A stretch of DNA of 63,016 nt, filler included, from Craspedostauros australis (GCA_030167865.1; 12 parts of 12 records of this genome joined end to end with filler, not necessarily neighbours in it), one strand, 5' to 3'; positions 1 to 12,535 are shown, counted from the whole stretch's first letter. Numbers and translations: made by a program. The notes: a model not told the origin generated them from the sequence alone.

Positions 1-799
1 CCCATCTCACCAAAGGGTGAGGAACCCCACATCCAGATCTCGCTCAATCAAATGAGATGCGAAGCACGCATGTCATAACAGCATGCTTATTCTGCACGTA
101 ACATTAACGACATCCATCAACGAATTTCAACGAACACAATCAACAGTTCCACGAGTACTGTGTCAGAGTATTATAGTGCGGAGATTACGATGCCGATGTC
201 TGATGCAATCTGTGCCATTGCCGGGCCTCTCCTCAACCTCAACATGTTCCTGCGATACAAATCCATGCACTGACCAAACTTGTCTCGAAAAAGTCGGACA
301 TAGCCGTAGTTGTACCAACAACTTCGGACGTTAAGTCACGAGTTTGAGTAACTCGGACGAGTACTCGTAAGTACATCAACACAACTACTTGTATCTATCG
401 TGGACAAAAAAGGACAGAAAAGCAAATAGAAGAGTGCATGGCAGATTCGTCCCATAAAATACTTGGGTTCGTTGTCAACATCAGCCGCATCAACATCGCA
501 TACGGTACTATGCTCCATTGACGAGCGACTCGCTGCGAGCACAAGCAACGATGTTCCTGGATTCATCGTATCCTCGTACAGCCGCGCGTCGTTCCCCAGA
601 GGTATCAGGAGAGTAATGCCACAGCCAAACGCTCAACGTTTCCTCGGTCGTAGCAGTTCCCGCAACGCGAACAGCAACAACGGAGATGTTGGCGATGAAG
701 GCGTCGACAGCTCAGATGCCGGAATCGCAACGAAGGGTCTTCTGATTGCATTGAAGATGGAGATCCCCAGACTGTCAGACGTAGCAAGCGGCAGAAACC

Positions 800-1960
800 A
801 AAACGTGGTGTTTGGCCAAGCATAAATACGATGAGACCCTTCTGTGCAATACATGCAACTATTGGCATCTGGACCCTTACCAAGTATAATATTTGTTTGA
901 AGACTTCATAGCGAATATGGAGGATGGCAGCTGGGTGATGCGCTACGCACTGCGCAATGCATGCTACGGAGGTCAACTTGATCGATTCACATGGAGTTGA
1001 TGTGAACGCTCAAAGCGAATCTAGCGTGTCTGCTCTCCAATCCGCATGCCACGATAACGACACACGTACTGTGAAGTTCTGGCAGATGTCGGATGACACG
1101 GACATCAACGGTGAAGACCACTACGGTCACCTTCCATCTCACATCGCATGTTTTTGCAAGTCTGAAGATGTCACGAAGTACTTCATGGAGTCACACGATG
1201 TCGGCATCAACATTCAAAACAAGTAGCGGTGACACTGTGCTCCATCTCGCACTCACCGAACCTGATGATGTCGATGCCGAGCAGTTTGAAGTATTTGCTC
1301 GGATCGTGCGGAACGGATCCCAGCATGACCAATAAATGTGGCATGACCGCATTTGAGTGTATTGATGGTGATTTTGATGACTGACTACAGTGCCAACGAT
1401 TGGTGATACGAAACCGAGAGGTTTACACGTATGCTTCCATTTTCTATGACGAATTGATCAGGCAGAGGGCAAAGGGTCAGGGACGGCTGTCAAAGGAACA
1501 GATCGCCACCGCAGAATCCAGCCCCCTGTCGCACACCAAATTTGCAAGTGCCAGCACTGACACAAGCACAAATATTGACCAGAACGAATCCCACACTCCC
1601 AGCGACGAGGTCATGACCGACGCCGCCTTCTTGGTTGGATCTGGACACACACAACAAGCCATCAAAAGCGGACGTTGCTATCTTCTCATTCGCTCTACCA
1701 TGAAATCAAAGCAATCATTGATTCCGGTACTGTCCAAACAAGCACAGATGACAGCTCCCAACATGTGACCATGATTCTGCCTCAACATCACTCAAAACAC
1801 ATACGATGCATCCTCCAGTACATCTGCTCTGGCGACATGTCATTCATCAAGGCCAGTGAGACAGCCAATGGCACTGATCTCCAGGAGTTGTTGTTGACAG
1901 CATAGCACTCTGGATGTTCGAAGCCGAAGGTGGCCATCGAAGAAGAGCCAGAGAAGAAGT
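800..1960 (+). pseudogene. Degenerate ankyrin-repeat + BTB/POZ-like gene
   Basis: Ankyrin-like pieces in shifting frames (GVDVNAQ..SALQSAC, DINGEDHYGHLPSHIAC, INIQNK/SGDTVLHLAL), then BTB-like pieces (TDAAFLVG..RCYLLIRS; ILPQHHSKHIRCILQYICSG..LQELLLTA). Broken by stops and frameshifts. Confidence 0.6.
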
Positions 1961-2024
1961 AGAGCGGTATAGAAAACTAATACTTGCGTAGAATACGACA
2001 TATAATCACGTCCATGAGGGCGCC

Positions 2025-2124
2025 NNNNNNNNNNNNNNNNNNNNNNNNNNNNNNNNNNNNNNNNNNNNTTAATTAATTAANNNNNNNNNNNNNNNNNNNN
2101 NNNNNNNNNNNNNNNNNNNNNNNN
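2025..2124. other. Artificial contig spacer (44N-TTAATTAATTAA-44N). Repeated at 6735-6834, 9596-9695, 11057-11156, 15236-15335, 16826-16925, 22871-22970, 26831-26930, 30613-30712, 55390-55489 and 61809-61908
   Basis: Identical 100-nt structure eleven times; the core gives stops in all six frames. The plain 31-N gap at 10817-10847 lacks the linker. Confidence 0.98.
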
Positions 2125-3116
2125 GGACCCTTCTTTGCACCGGGTGGTGGATCGGCTCGCATGACCGGACCGCCCCACGTGGAGACGAATCCATCCTTGC
2201 CACAGACAAACACCATCGTCGTACCGTCACCGTTCCCTGGTTTTGGCAGTGCCATCTTCGCCATCTCCACATCGCCGCGGCCCTTCGCCATTTGGATTGG
2301 CGAATCAGACTGGCTGCTATTATCATCGAGAGCCGCCATATCGTCGGGCTTTTCGCCAGTGAGCGAGTACGTGACGCTGACACGATCCGGATACTTGCGT
2401 GCCAATTCATCCAGCTCTGGTTTCATGAGGATGTCCTCCGCATGACGGTTGATGCTGAGCACGGAGATCTTGGTGGGCGACTGTCCCTCCTTGGTCTCCT
2501 CCTCGAGCAGGATCACCAACAGCTGATACAACGGCGCAATGCCCGTACCGCCGCCGACCAACCCCACGTGCTTCCAACGTCCTTCCACCACTGGCGAACC
2601 ATGCACCTGCCTTGGCTTCTTGACAATGGCCATGATGGAATGTCCCACCTCGAGGTTGCACAGGTAGTCACCCACTCCGCCTCCAGGACGTGGCGTGTAC
2701 GCCTTGACCAGCAGATCGAAGGTGTTGGCTTGGGAAGGATGCGAAACGGGAGAATAGGACTTCCTCAAGATCCTTTCGTCTGGTTCAGCTGGATTGTTGT
2801 ATTCGACACCCATGCAGGTGGGTAATTCGGCATCGTATCCCAAGTACTCTCTGCCATTCGGCAGCGCGAATTCCAGCACGCAGGAATCGGGGCTGATCTG
2901 CTTCTTGCCAACAACGGAGTATGGCTGAAATTGATTGGGTGGCGAGTTGCATGTCCCGTCCTTTGATTTTGTTGCTGGTGTTAGTGCAGATGCTGCTGCT
3001 GGAGTGGTGGATGGCGTCATGGCTGCGCTTCCGAAAGTGATTGTTGGAAAGATGGACGAGGTTGTGATGGATGTGAATGCAAGGAGCGATGATGCCGAGC
3101 GGAAGTGAAGTTTCAT
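2125..3116 (-). CDS. NADH-cytochrome b5 reductase family protein (FNR-like), 3' end cut by contig edge; likely start ATG 3116
   Basis: RKSYSP FAD motif, LLVKAY..GG, VGGGTGIAP NADH motif, VFVCG; hydrophobic Ser/Thr-rich N-terminus MKLHFRSASSLLAF. Confidence 0.9.
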
Positions 3117-4537
3117 AGAAACCTTGGTCAAGTTCGCGCCGATCGCTGTCTGTCTGGCACAAAGTTGGCGAAGCTGAGCGGTGAAGGACTGCGTTGACGT
3201 TTGGATGAAGGTGCAGATTGTGAGACGGAAATGATGGGAGCGATGGACCCAAGTGATCTTGGGGGCGTTACTGTTGTTGGTCTGCAGTTGGCTTGTTGGC
3301 TTGTTGGCGATGTTCCGTTGGCTCCGTTTGGCACGACCGGATTGTTCACGCTCATTCATCATGGCTCTTGGTCATTCGTCGCGATTCATCGTTGTTCCCG
3401 AGCTTAGTCGTTCCGTGACACATGTTGGACACGAGTTTGCGATCGAGTTGCGCGTGCCAATCGACCACTGCGACCGTTTCAAGCGGTGTGTGACATCCGG
3501 GTCCGGAAACCGAAGGAAGCAGTTCTTGCGCTGTGTCACGAATTATGTCACTCACGAACTATTTACCCGTTGGCGGACATACAAATAAATTGTTACTCAA
3601 AAGTGCGGCGTATTTGGCACGATTGACTTTCGACTCATTCGAAACAAAACATGAATAGTCATTTTCGGAGTAACCAAATTGAATCTCGTTATGTGACGTC
3701 ATCTAGATGTGTTGAAATACGACAATCAAAACGAAAAATAAACTCCTCATTAATGTCAATGACACTTCAATTATGTCGATTTATGTGAATTTATTGATAT
3801 TTTATTGCACATTTCTGCGAAAATTGATTTCTCCTTTGTTTGAAAGCTGCGCAGAATAAGATAAAACATGCAGTTTACGATTTTCACGAGCTATCAGAAT
3901 CCGACCTCTCATATCACGAGCTCCATGTTTGGACCTCTTGGAATACGAGCTTTCCATTGCGACCTCTCGCGGTTCTCAACACATCCGAATGTCGTACCTG
4001 TGTCGCAGCTTTTGTGATCACAAGAAACGGCCGTTTCGAACGCAATTTCGATTCTTCGCTTGCGTCTTTTCGCCCAACGTGGCATTCGCTTGTTGCCGTC
4101 AGGTTGCATTTCTCTCTGTGGTCGTGGTGGACCTTGGTGACGATGGGAAAATGATGACGATGACGACAGGTGGAAGAGAAGCGGAATTGAATTGAAAAGG
4201 AGCTTTGCCAAGAAGAGTAGTCCCTCTCATGCAAGTACAAGCACAAGGACAGGTGCAAGCACAAGCGAAGTACTTCGTGCAAGTACATACTCCGAAGAAC
4301 AAAACCAATACCCTCGCTCACCTCTCCACGCACTTCAGCCACTCTTCTTCGTTGGACGATCTCCACGGAAGCCTCACAAATTCTTTCCATTCACAATCGC
4401 AATTCGTTGAACGAGCAGAACAGAGACAACGAACACCCTCTTCTTTCCTTTGACCCACACATATAGTACTCTTCCAGTACAGTGTACACTTACGCACAGC
4501 AATATTGTTATACTCTGTTGGAAGTTCTTCTCGCACG

Positions 4538-5551
4538 ATGGTCTCCACATTCGCACGGTGGTATCTGTCCAAGCTCAAGGCAAATCCTTTGGCAACCAAC
4601 ATGAGCTCAGCGTTCTTGCTGATGACGGTTGGAGATCTCCTTGCGCAGCAGCTGGAAACCCATGCTCAATCTGAGCAGTCGCTGTCCTCATCAACATCAT
4701 CGTCATCAGCAGCGTCATTGGGATCTCCGAGATCGGAAGGAAAGTCAATATCAGTGAGGTCGTCGGACGCTGATATAGGTCAACATGCACCAGTCGGTTC
4801 AATGGCTGTTGCCTCTGTCGTTGACGAGCAGTCGTCGTCGTTGCCATCTACGCCATCGAATGCAAACGTATCGGCGATTGGAACGATCAATGAAACCGGC
4901 GACAGCAGATGGTCTGTTGTGGCATCATCGATGATCACATCATCCCAAGCAACCATGGCGAAGGTGTCGACGAGCGTGAAGAAAGAGATTGAGCAGTGGG
5001 ATTCGTTCCGAACGGGCACGATGGTGGCATGGAGCGTCGGCGCGTACACGCCACTGTTCATGGTCATCTACAAAATGTACGACAAGCACCTGCCGAAGAA
5101 AACGCCAAGGGGCATCGCCGCGCGCGTGGGTCTAAACTTGGCGCTTTCCTTTCCAGTGAACGCAGCCTTTTACATGTACGGAACATCGGTCCAACACGTC
5201 GCCGGCCAGATGGCGTTGCAACAAGAACGCAAGCAAGATACAATCGCATCTTCCATCGTTGACTTTCAGCTGGATCTGAATGCGTTGCGGGCCAAGTGCT
5301 GGCGCAAGATCGATGCGGAATTGACGAGCACGATAATCGCATCGAGCCAATTTTGGATTCCTGTGAACATGGTGACCTTTGCGGCGATACCATCTCATCT
5401 GCAGCCGTTGTCAGTGATGTTCTTCTCATTGTTTTGGAACTGCTATCTCAGCCTGTCACAGCATAGGCACGTTCCGACGATCCAGCAGCAACAACAACGA
5501 CGACAACAACGACAGGGCGATGCAATTGGAGAAGCGCAGAAACTAAGGTAA
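4538..5551 (+). CDS. Mpv17/PMP22 family membrane protein
   Basis: WYLSKLKANPLATNMSSAFLLMTVGDLLAQ; WDSFRT; FWIPVNMVTFAAIPSHLQPLSVMFFSLFWNCYLS. Confidence 0.9.
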   Translation: MVSTFARWYLSKLKANPLATNMSSAFLLMTVGDLLAQQLETHAQSEQSLSSSTSSSSAASLGSPRSEGKSISVRSSDADIGQHAPVGSMAVASVVDEQSSSLPSTPSNANVSAIGTINETGDSRWSVVASSMITSSQATMAKVSTSVKKEIEQWDSFRTGTMVAWSVGAYTPLFMVIYKMYDKHLPKKTPRGIAARVGLNLALSFPVNAAFYMYGTSVQHVAGQMALQQERKQDTIASSIVDFQLDLNALRAKCWRKIDAELTSTIIASSQFWIPVNMVTFAAIPSHLQPLSVMFFSLFWNCYLSLSQHRHVPTIQQQQQRRQQRQGDAIGEAQKLR

Positions 5552-5831
5552 ACGCAAGCGATGGCAGTGCATCACGAACTGCGTAGACATGCCATGGTTA
5601 AAACAACACCGCAACATCGTAGGTTGAACGTTGTACATACTCCAATAATTGTCATACACAATAGTACGCACATAGTGTATGTGGCACTCTCATACTTTCC
5701 ATAACTTCTCGGCATGGACCGAATGATGCGAAATGAAAGGCGCGTGCGCAAAGGCCAAGAACAATACATCAATACCATCCCGAACGCACAGAACACCATG
5801 CCGAAGTCTGTATGCCAGTATCCGTACCTGT

Positions 5832-6734
5832 CTAATACTTGAACACTTCAGACGCCTGAAACCCTGCCTCCTTCAGAATGCCAAGCAACGGTCCTTGAAT
5901 CTTGGGACCCTTCTTTGCACCGGGTGGTGGATCGGCTCGCATGACCGGACCGCCCCACGTGGAGACGAATCCATCCTTGCCACAGACAAACACCATCGTC
6001 GTACCGTCACCGTTCCCTGGTTTTGGCAGTGCCATCTTCGCCATCTCCACATCGCCGCGGCCCTTCGCCATTTGGATTGGCGAATCAGACTGGCTGCTAT
6101 TATCATCGAGAGCCGCCATATCGTCGGGCTTTTCGCCAGTGAGCGAGTACGTGACGCTGACACGATCCGGATACTTGCGTGCCAATTCATCCAGCTCTGG
6201 TTTCATGAGGATGTCCTCCGCATGACGGTTGATGCTGAGCACGGAGATCTTGGTGGGCGACTGTCCCTCCTTGGTCTCCTCCTCGAGCAGGATCACCAAC
6301 AGCTGATACAACGGCGCAATGCCCGTACCGCCGCCGACCAACCCCACGTGCTTCCAACGTCCTTCCACCACTGGCGAACCATGCACCTGCCTTGGCTTCT
6401 TGACAATGGCCATGATGGAATGTCCCACCTCGAGGTTGCACAGGTAGTCACCCACTCCGCCTCCAGGACGTGGCGTGTACGCCTTGACCAGCAGATCGAA
6501 GGTGTTGGCTTGGGAAGGATGCGAAACGGGAGAATAGGACTTCCTCAAGATCCTTTCGTCTGGTTCAGCTGGATTGTTGTATTCGACACCCATGCAGGTG
6601 GGTAATTCGGCATCGTATCCCAAGTACTCTCTGCCATTCGGCAGCGCGAATTCCAGCACGCAGGAATCGGGGCTGATCTGCTTCTTGCCAACAACGGAGT
6701 ATGGCTGAAATTGATTGGGTGGCGAGTTGCATGT
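5832..6734 (-). CDS. Second copy of the cytochrome b5 reductase, 5' end cut by contig edge, C-terminus intact
   Basis: 5905-6734 appears identical to 2125-2954; ends GILKEAGFQASEVFKY*. Confidence 0.88.
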   Translation of the reverse strand, partial: TCNSPPNQFQPYSVVGKKQISPDSCVLEFALPNGREYLGYDAELPTCMGVEYNNPAEPDERILRKSYSPVSHPSQANTFDLLVKAYTPRPGGGVGDYLCNLEVGHSIMAIVKKPRQVHGSPVVEGRWKHVGLVGGGTGIAPLYQLLVILLEEETKEGQSPTKISVLSINRHAEDILMKPELDELARKYPDRVSVTYSLTGEKPDDMAALDDNSSQSDSPIQMAKGRGDVEMAKMALPKPGNGDGTTMVFVCGKDGFVSTWGGPVMRADPPPGAKKGPKIQGPLLGILKEAGFQASEVFKY

Positions 6735-6834
6735 NNNNNNNNNNNNNNNNNNNNNNNNNNNNNNNNNNNNNNNNNNNNTTAATTAATTAANNNNNNNNNN
6801 NNNNNNNNNNNNNNNNNNNNNNNNNNNNNNNNNN

Positions 6835-7968
6835 GTTGTGAAGAAGGACAAGAACGGGCGGGTCCTTGCTGCTCCTGCCGAGAACTACGATCATGGCACA
6901 ACTGTCCAACAGGAGGCAGACATCATGGCTGCTCTGGGCAAGGTTGGAATGGCCGTCACCGAGACTATCGAGGAAGATGACGTGGCTGGTGCAGCTGCTG
7001 CGGCTGGCGCGGCTGCTGCGCCAACTTCCTCCTCCTACACATGCGAAACGACTGCAGGCCCGAAACCTGTGATGAAAATGATCGGCGATCAATTTTGGTC
7101 TCTCAAGGGTGCCCACGCCGTCTTTCTCTTGGAAGGGCCGCACATTCCAGGAGTTTACTTCCACAAGTCCATGATGACTTCCGTCACGACAGACGCAGAC
7201 AAGGAACGCCTCAAGGCTGCTGCAGAAACGGGGAGCGGTGCATTTCGCAACATGAACAAAGTTCAGTTTGATGAAGGTGGAAACTTAAAAGTAACTTGGC
7301 TGTATAGAGTTGGTTCAGACGCGATCCAACAGACACTGGAGTCCAACCATTCAATATTGGCCGATGAGGACCTACTCCGCATCCACAGCAAGCTCCGAAG
7401 GCTCGAAAAGCGACTCTCTGGTCCCGCCCGCACATCTCAACACACAACCAGAGGCGTCGTGAAAGATGCTTTCCGCCTGCCATTCATCAGCATCGCAGAA
7501 GGCAAGAGCGACCTCGCAGACGTGTATGTCACTTTCCTTGTGGAGTCGCTGACAACCGAGTCACACAAGAAACGCCACAGCTTGCGAACGATCTGTATCA
7601 AAGCCAAAGATTACGCAAATGGCACAAGTCCAGACATGGGAGAGTACCTGAATAATGCCGTCGCAACGACGAGCCCGGGACTGGACCCTCTCTTTGGCGA
7701 AGACCGGATCTTCACTGTTGCAGGTGCGCAAGAGACAGTTGCTTGGGACTACCAACTCGGAGAATTCCCATACGTTCCTTTCGTGGTGGACAAGTCCACC
7801 ATCCTGAAGAACCAGATGGTGGCATTGAGTCAGGGTCATCACCAAGTTGCAAAACAAGGTGAGCACGCCGCACTCCTGGATGGACCAGTAAAAGATGAGG
7901 CATCGTACCCGTACGATTCGCTCAAGCAAGAACCTGGGCACCTCAAACAAGGGAAGAATGAAAGATAA
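6835..7968 (+). CDS. Hypothetical protein, 5'-truncated (>376 aa)
   Basis: Long open frame running from the contig edge; no family recognised with confidence. Confidence 0.6.
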   Translation, partial: VVKKDKNGRVLAAPAENYDHGTTVQQEADIMAALGKVGMAVTETIEEDDVAGAAAAAGAAAAPTSSSYTCETTAGPKPVMKMIGDQFWSLKGAHAVFLLEGPHIPGVYFHKSMMTSVTTDADKERLKAAAETGSGAFRNMNKVQFDEGGNLKVTWLYRVGSDAIQQTLESNHSILADEDLLRIHSKLRRLEKRLSGPARTSQHTTRGVVKDAFRLPFISIAEGKSDLADVYVTFLVESLTTESHKKRHSLRTICIKAKDYANGTSPDMGEYLNNAVATTSPGLDPLFGEDRIFTVAGAQETVAWDYQLGEFPYVPFVVDKSTILKNQMVALSQGHHQVAKQGEHAALLDGPVKDEASYPYDSLKQEPGHLKQGKNER

Positions 7969-9803
7969 GCACGTGAGCAACATGCTTCAAGCAAACCCAA
8001 ACCCCGCAAAAGAACACGGCCAAAAAGTTGGACCCAACGGCGGCTACGAATCACAACAACGACGGGGGAACTGCGGGCATTGTGCCGTGAAGCAACAACC
8101 AGGCAGCCAGACCAAGACGGCAAATGCCACATGCCTCACGAAGGCGTCGTTCATTGCCGACGCCAACCAAAGAAGCACACCGAAAAGGGGTTCGGTGTTT
8201 CCAATCTATGCATCCATCCAGGCATGCATCCTTCAGAACATCTGGTGGTTCTGATGAGTTGCGCAACGATACTTATGCCAGTACCAATGCATGGCCCTCC
8301 GAAATGAAAGGCTGCATTGCAGTCTTACCAATATTACACGTAAAGAAAATCACTAGCACCAAATGCACTCGTACGTGCAACAGTACGAGTACAAGGGTGG
8401 CCACGAATGTTACAACCGTATTGACACCTGATGATGATGGCTGTGAGAGCTGATGTTGCTCTCCCGATGCTCCGATCGATATGTTGTGTAGTAGTTCTCC
8501 ATGTCGCTGATCTGACAAGCACGAGCATTCTGAAAATGTGGAAGCAGAGGCACTCCAGTCGTACTCGTACACACAATTACGAGAGTTCCCAGGGTGGCGG
8601 CATGACGAGCAGAGTACTGCCGGCATGAGCAATCAATCATCTCCAAGGCGCTGCCCACCCGTCCACCGCACCATCTGACGAGCGCTGGGTGTTGGTGATA
8701 TTGACAACGCTGCCGACTGCGCCACAGACCGCATCGTCGACGCTGTCGCAATATGCAACAGAGCCAACGCCAACGCAAAGACCAATACCAACGGTCACAC
8801 TCGGATGTACAGAGTGAACACGTTGGACAGGCACGCAGTGGACATACCAATATCCTTCACGGTTGCCCTTCGCAGCCTACCCCCGCAAGCACAAGCACGA
8901 TCCCGAGGCGATGTCCGTCCTTGGAGCTGTCACTATCGATCATTATTGATCATCATCGGCCAGCAAATACGCGCATGGTACGGCACGCCAAGCGAGCTGC
9001 GATCATCGACTGCCTCACTATTCTGGGAACGGTCAAGACGGACACTCGAACACACAACAGATCTTCAACATGATGCAACGGGAAGTCCTTGGAATGGATA
9101 GTCATCGGGCCAACGAGGACAAGCACGAGCATATGCTCACTCACAGGGATGAACAGCGACTGCAGAATCTGCAGCAGACTTCGCGGTGAGATTGATCATG
9201 ATCGACGATGAGCAATAGACGATACAACGGGCGCGGTCCTCCTTGATAGTGATGCCCAACAATAACAACAACAACACCATTTGCAGCAGCAACAACGGAA
9301 TGGAGGGATGGAAGGAGGCATTCGGATCAGTGGATTCCCATCATGTCTCATTCACACCCGTCAGCTAGTTGATGAGAATGAACCGTGGAACGTCGCATCC
9401 TCCATGGAGCGGATTGCTATTGCGTGCTTCGTCATCGAGAGAGCTTCCTCAACTACTGTTTCAGTCACGACTTGCATTCGGGTACTCCACATCGAACAGC
9501 ATGCAACGGTCATGTGCGAATTGATCGCGGCGGTACTCATCGTCAAGATCAGATCCGTCCTTGGAGGGAAGGTGGCCTGCTCATCATGGAGTCGANNNNN
9601 NNNNNNNNNNNNNNNNNNNNNNNNNNNNNNNNNNNNNNNTTAATTAATTAANNNNNNNNNNNNNNNNNNNNNNNNNNNNNNNNNNNNNNNNNNNNCTGCG
9701 GAAGATGCGACCGTCTGATCATGCGCGTAGATGTGGACACATGCTGATATTCGTACTCCCACTCCTGTTCACACCCTGAGATTGCAGTCTGCCATTTCAT
9801 TTT

Positions 9804-10709
9804 TCAAGAGCATGCATCGTCATTTCGTCCAGGGCAGTCGTTGGATGGGCTGTCGATGGTGTAGGTCTGGCCAGAAGGGCCACTGCACATGTCTGTTGCC
9901 ACGCAATCCTTGCAGCTGTTTGCAGGCGCGCAGGTGTTGGCCGTGATGACCAGATCATCAACCGCCGAGTTGGCGTTGGCAACACCATTGCAGCTGTCTC
10001 GTGACAAGCATGCACCACTGCCGATGGTGATACTGCCAATAGTCTTGCCCAGGCCAGCGTGGACATTCTGACACGAGCGTTGTCCCTGACAAGCGTTTTT
10101 CCCCACGTCGATGTTGGCAAGCGTCGGTGTGGCGATACTGGTAGACTGGGCAGCACGGATTCCAAGGTCTTTGCAGCCGTCCACACCGTTGCATCCTCCG
10201 CCTTGGATCCGGATGTTGCCGTAGATGTTCTGCCCAAGGTTCTCGCAGCTGTTTGTGCTGGTGCATGCGGCTGGCCCGATGATCTGGTAGCCAATGATGG
10301 CTGTGGCGCCAGGAGGGTTGGAAAAAGATCGAAGATTCTTGCAGGAACTCGGTCCCAGACAACTGCCAAGGATGATGGTATCCTTTGAAACCCCTTCACA
10401 GGAATTATTGCTTGCACATGAGTCTGGGGTGATGGTGATGATGTTGCCCCCAAGAGTGCAACCGAGAGTTCCTTGGCAGCAGGCCCCGCCCACATCACCG
10501 CATTGCATGGATAGGTTTGCGGCATTCGCAGTGAGAAGGATGCCATCACCTTCGAGGGCAGTGAGGATGGCTGCGATTGCTCGGGGGTCGTTCTTAATGC
10601 GATCGAATCGTACCTGCGCCTGTTGCTGCGATGCCTGGCTGCCTTGGTCGTCATCGCATCCGAAGATGCTCTTCACAAATCTGTCCTTGTTGCTTGGGAG
10701 TATCAACAT
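9804..10709 (-). CDS. Cys/Gly/Asn-rich repeat protein, probably the last exon of a secreted protein
   Basis: Repeating (S/A/G)C-x4-(S/G)C units: SCASNNSC, SCLGPSSC, ACTSTNSC, GCNGVDGC, ACQGQRSC, ACLSRDSC, TCAPANSC. A TAG directly precedes the ORF and may be a splice acceptor. Confidence 0.7.
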   Translation of the reverse strand: MLILPSNKDRFVKSIFGCDDDQGSQASQQQAQVRFDRIKNDPRAIAAILTALEGDGILLTANAANLSMQCGDVGGACCQGTLGCTLGGNIITITPDSCASNNSCEGVSKDTIILGSCLGPSSCKNLRSFSNPPGATAIIGYQIIGPAACTSTNSCENLGQNIYGNIRIQGGGCNGVDGCKDLGIRAAQSTSIATPTLANIDVGKNACQGQRSCQNVHAGLGKTIGSITIGSGACLSRDSCNGVANANSAVDDLVITANTCAPANSCKDCVATDMCSGPSGQTYTIDSPSNDCPGRNDDACS

Positions 10710-11156
10710 CTAGATCGAAATTAGGTACCCATCTCCCATGACTGAAACGTGATTCACTATTTTTTGATTCGACTCGATTTGAGAGTATAGTCGAGTGAGT
10801 CTTGATACACGATTGANNNNNNNNNNNNNNNNNNNNNNNNNNNNNNNTAGGCACTGACATCATCGTATGACGTCAGAGGATCGGTCATTGTGATCCTCGG
10901 AATCGAGATTATGTTTTAGTCATGGTACACTGACCTGTCTAGCCATGCCGAGTGCATCATCGAGCACGTGGTAACAATACTTAGGATCCAGAACAACATC
11001 GTCAGAGGTGATGCATGCACCTTGTCGACGTAGACGGATCAATCCATATGTGATCANNNNNNNNNNNNNNNNNNNNNNNNNNNNNNNNNNNNNNNNNNNN
11101 TTAATTAATTAANNNNNNNNNNNNNNNNNNNNNNNNNNNNNNNNNNNNNNNNNNNN

Positions 11157-11869
11157 ATAATTCCTGTGAAGGGGTTTCAAAGGATACCATCATCCTTGGC
11201 AGTTGTCTGGGACCGAGTTCCTGCAAGAATCTTCGATCTTTTTCCAACCCTCCTGGCGCCACAGCCATCATTGGCTACCAGATCATCGGGCCAGCCGCAT
11301 GCACCAGCACAAACAGCTGCGAGAACCTTGGGCAGAACATCTACGGCAACATCCGGATCCAAGGCGGAGGATGCAACGGTGTGGACGGCTGCAAAGACCT
11401 TGGAATCCGTGCTGCCCAGTCTACCAGTATCGCCACACCGACGCTTGCCAACATCGACGTGGGGAAAAACGCTTGTCAGGGACAACGCTCGTGTCAGAAT
11501 GTCCACGCTGGCCTGGGCAAGACTATTGGCAGTATCACCATCGGCAGTGGTGCATGCTTGTCACGAGACAGCTGCAATGGTGTTGCCAACGCCAACTCGG
11601 CGGTTGATGATCTGGTCATCACGGCCAACACCTGCGCGCCTGCAAACAGCTGCAAGGATTGCGTGGCAACAGACATGTGCAGTGGCCCTTCTGGCCAGAC
11701 CTACACCATCGACAGCCCATCCAACGACTGCCCTGGACGAAATGACGATGCATGCTCTTGAAAAATGAAATGGCAGACTGCAATCTCAGGGTGTGAACAG
11801 GAGTGGGAGTACGAATATCAGCATGTGTCCACATCTACGCGCATGATCAGACGGTCGCATCTTCCGCAG
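11157..11869 (+). repeat. Reverse-complement duplicate of 9696-10408 (3' part of the Cys-rich gene; stop at 11761)
   Basis: 713-bp match; both copies start at contig edges, so the two contigs overlap end to end. Confidence 0.9.
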
Positions 11870-12535
11870 CAGCAAGACAGCACAGATGCAATCCATGTTC
11901 AGAACGAATGGTTCAACTCAAGTCAACTCAACTACATGTTACATAATGCAATAGTATACAACATTGGAAAGCATTGGAAGAAACAACCATGAGCACCGCG
12001 CCGATTTCAACATCCGCGGCATACCTTATGTTGAGGTGAGCCTTCGCGCCATGACCGTCATTGCTACGTGTAAGGCGCCATGAAAGAAGATGTCATTATG
12101 CACAGGCGAAAGAGCCTCGTTTCCATTCTGCCTCGATGATTCTGGAGGTGGCTTCCTCTTGTTCCCATCGACTATTCTTGGAGGTGAAGTTGGAGATTGG
12201 ATCCTGACTTTTCTTCAGAAGCAGCAGTGTGGGCGCGTCCGGCCGTCATGAGCGCTGGAGGGTCTTTGCCGTCGCCTGGAAGTTTGCACATGCCTCATGC
12301 TTGCTGATCTGCTCGGGTGTAGGTAACTTATTCGGACATGTGCATGTATTCGTTGCGCCTACTTCATCATGTTTCACGATTTGGACCACCCAGCCAAGCA
12401 AGTGCCGCCATCCTGTTCGATGGGGTTTGCAATCACAGAAAGCACCACCCCGGCAATTTGTGAAGAGACGAAAATACGACCAGTTTATGCAGTGGTACTT
12501 GTGCAATCGTAGTTTGCAATTGTAAGACTCACTTA

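Noticed and set aside
2069..2080. TTAATTAATTAA as a biological palindrome or piggyBac site
   Set aside because: Always centred in N padding; a concatenation linker.
2125..5904. 3780-bp repeat unit equal in length to the reconstructed family B element
   Set aside because: No sequence similarity between them; coincidence.
9696..11869. Large inverted repeat of the Cys-rich gene
   Set aside because: The arms lie on separate contigs and start at contig edges; an assembly overlap.
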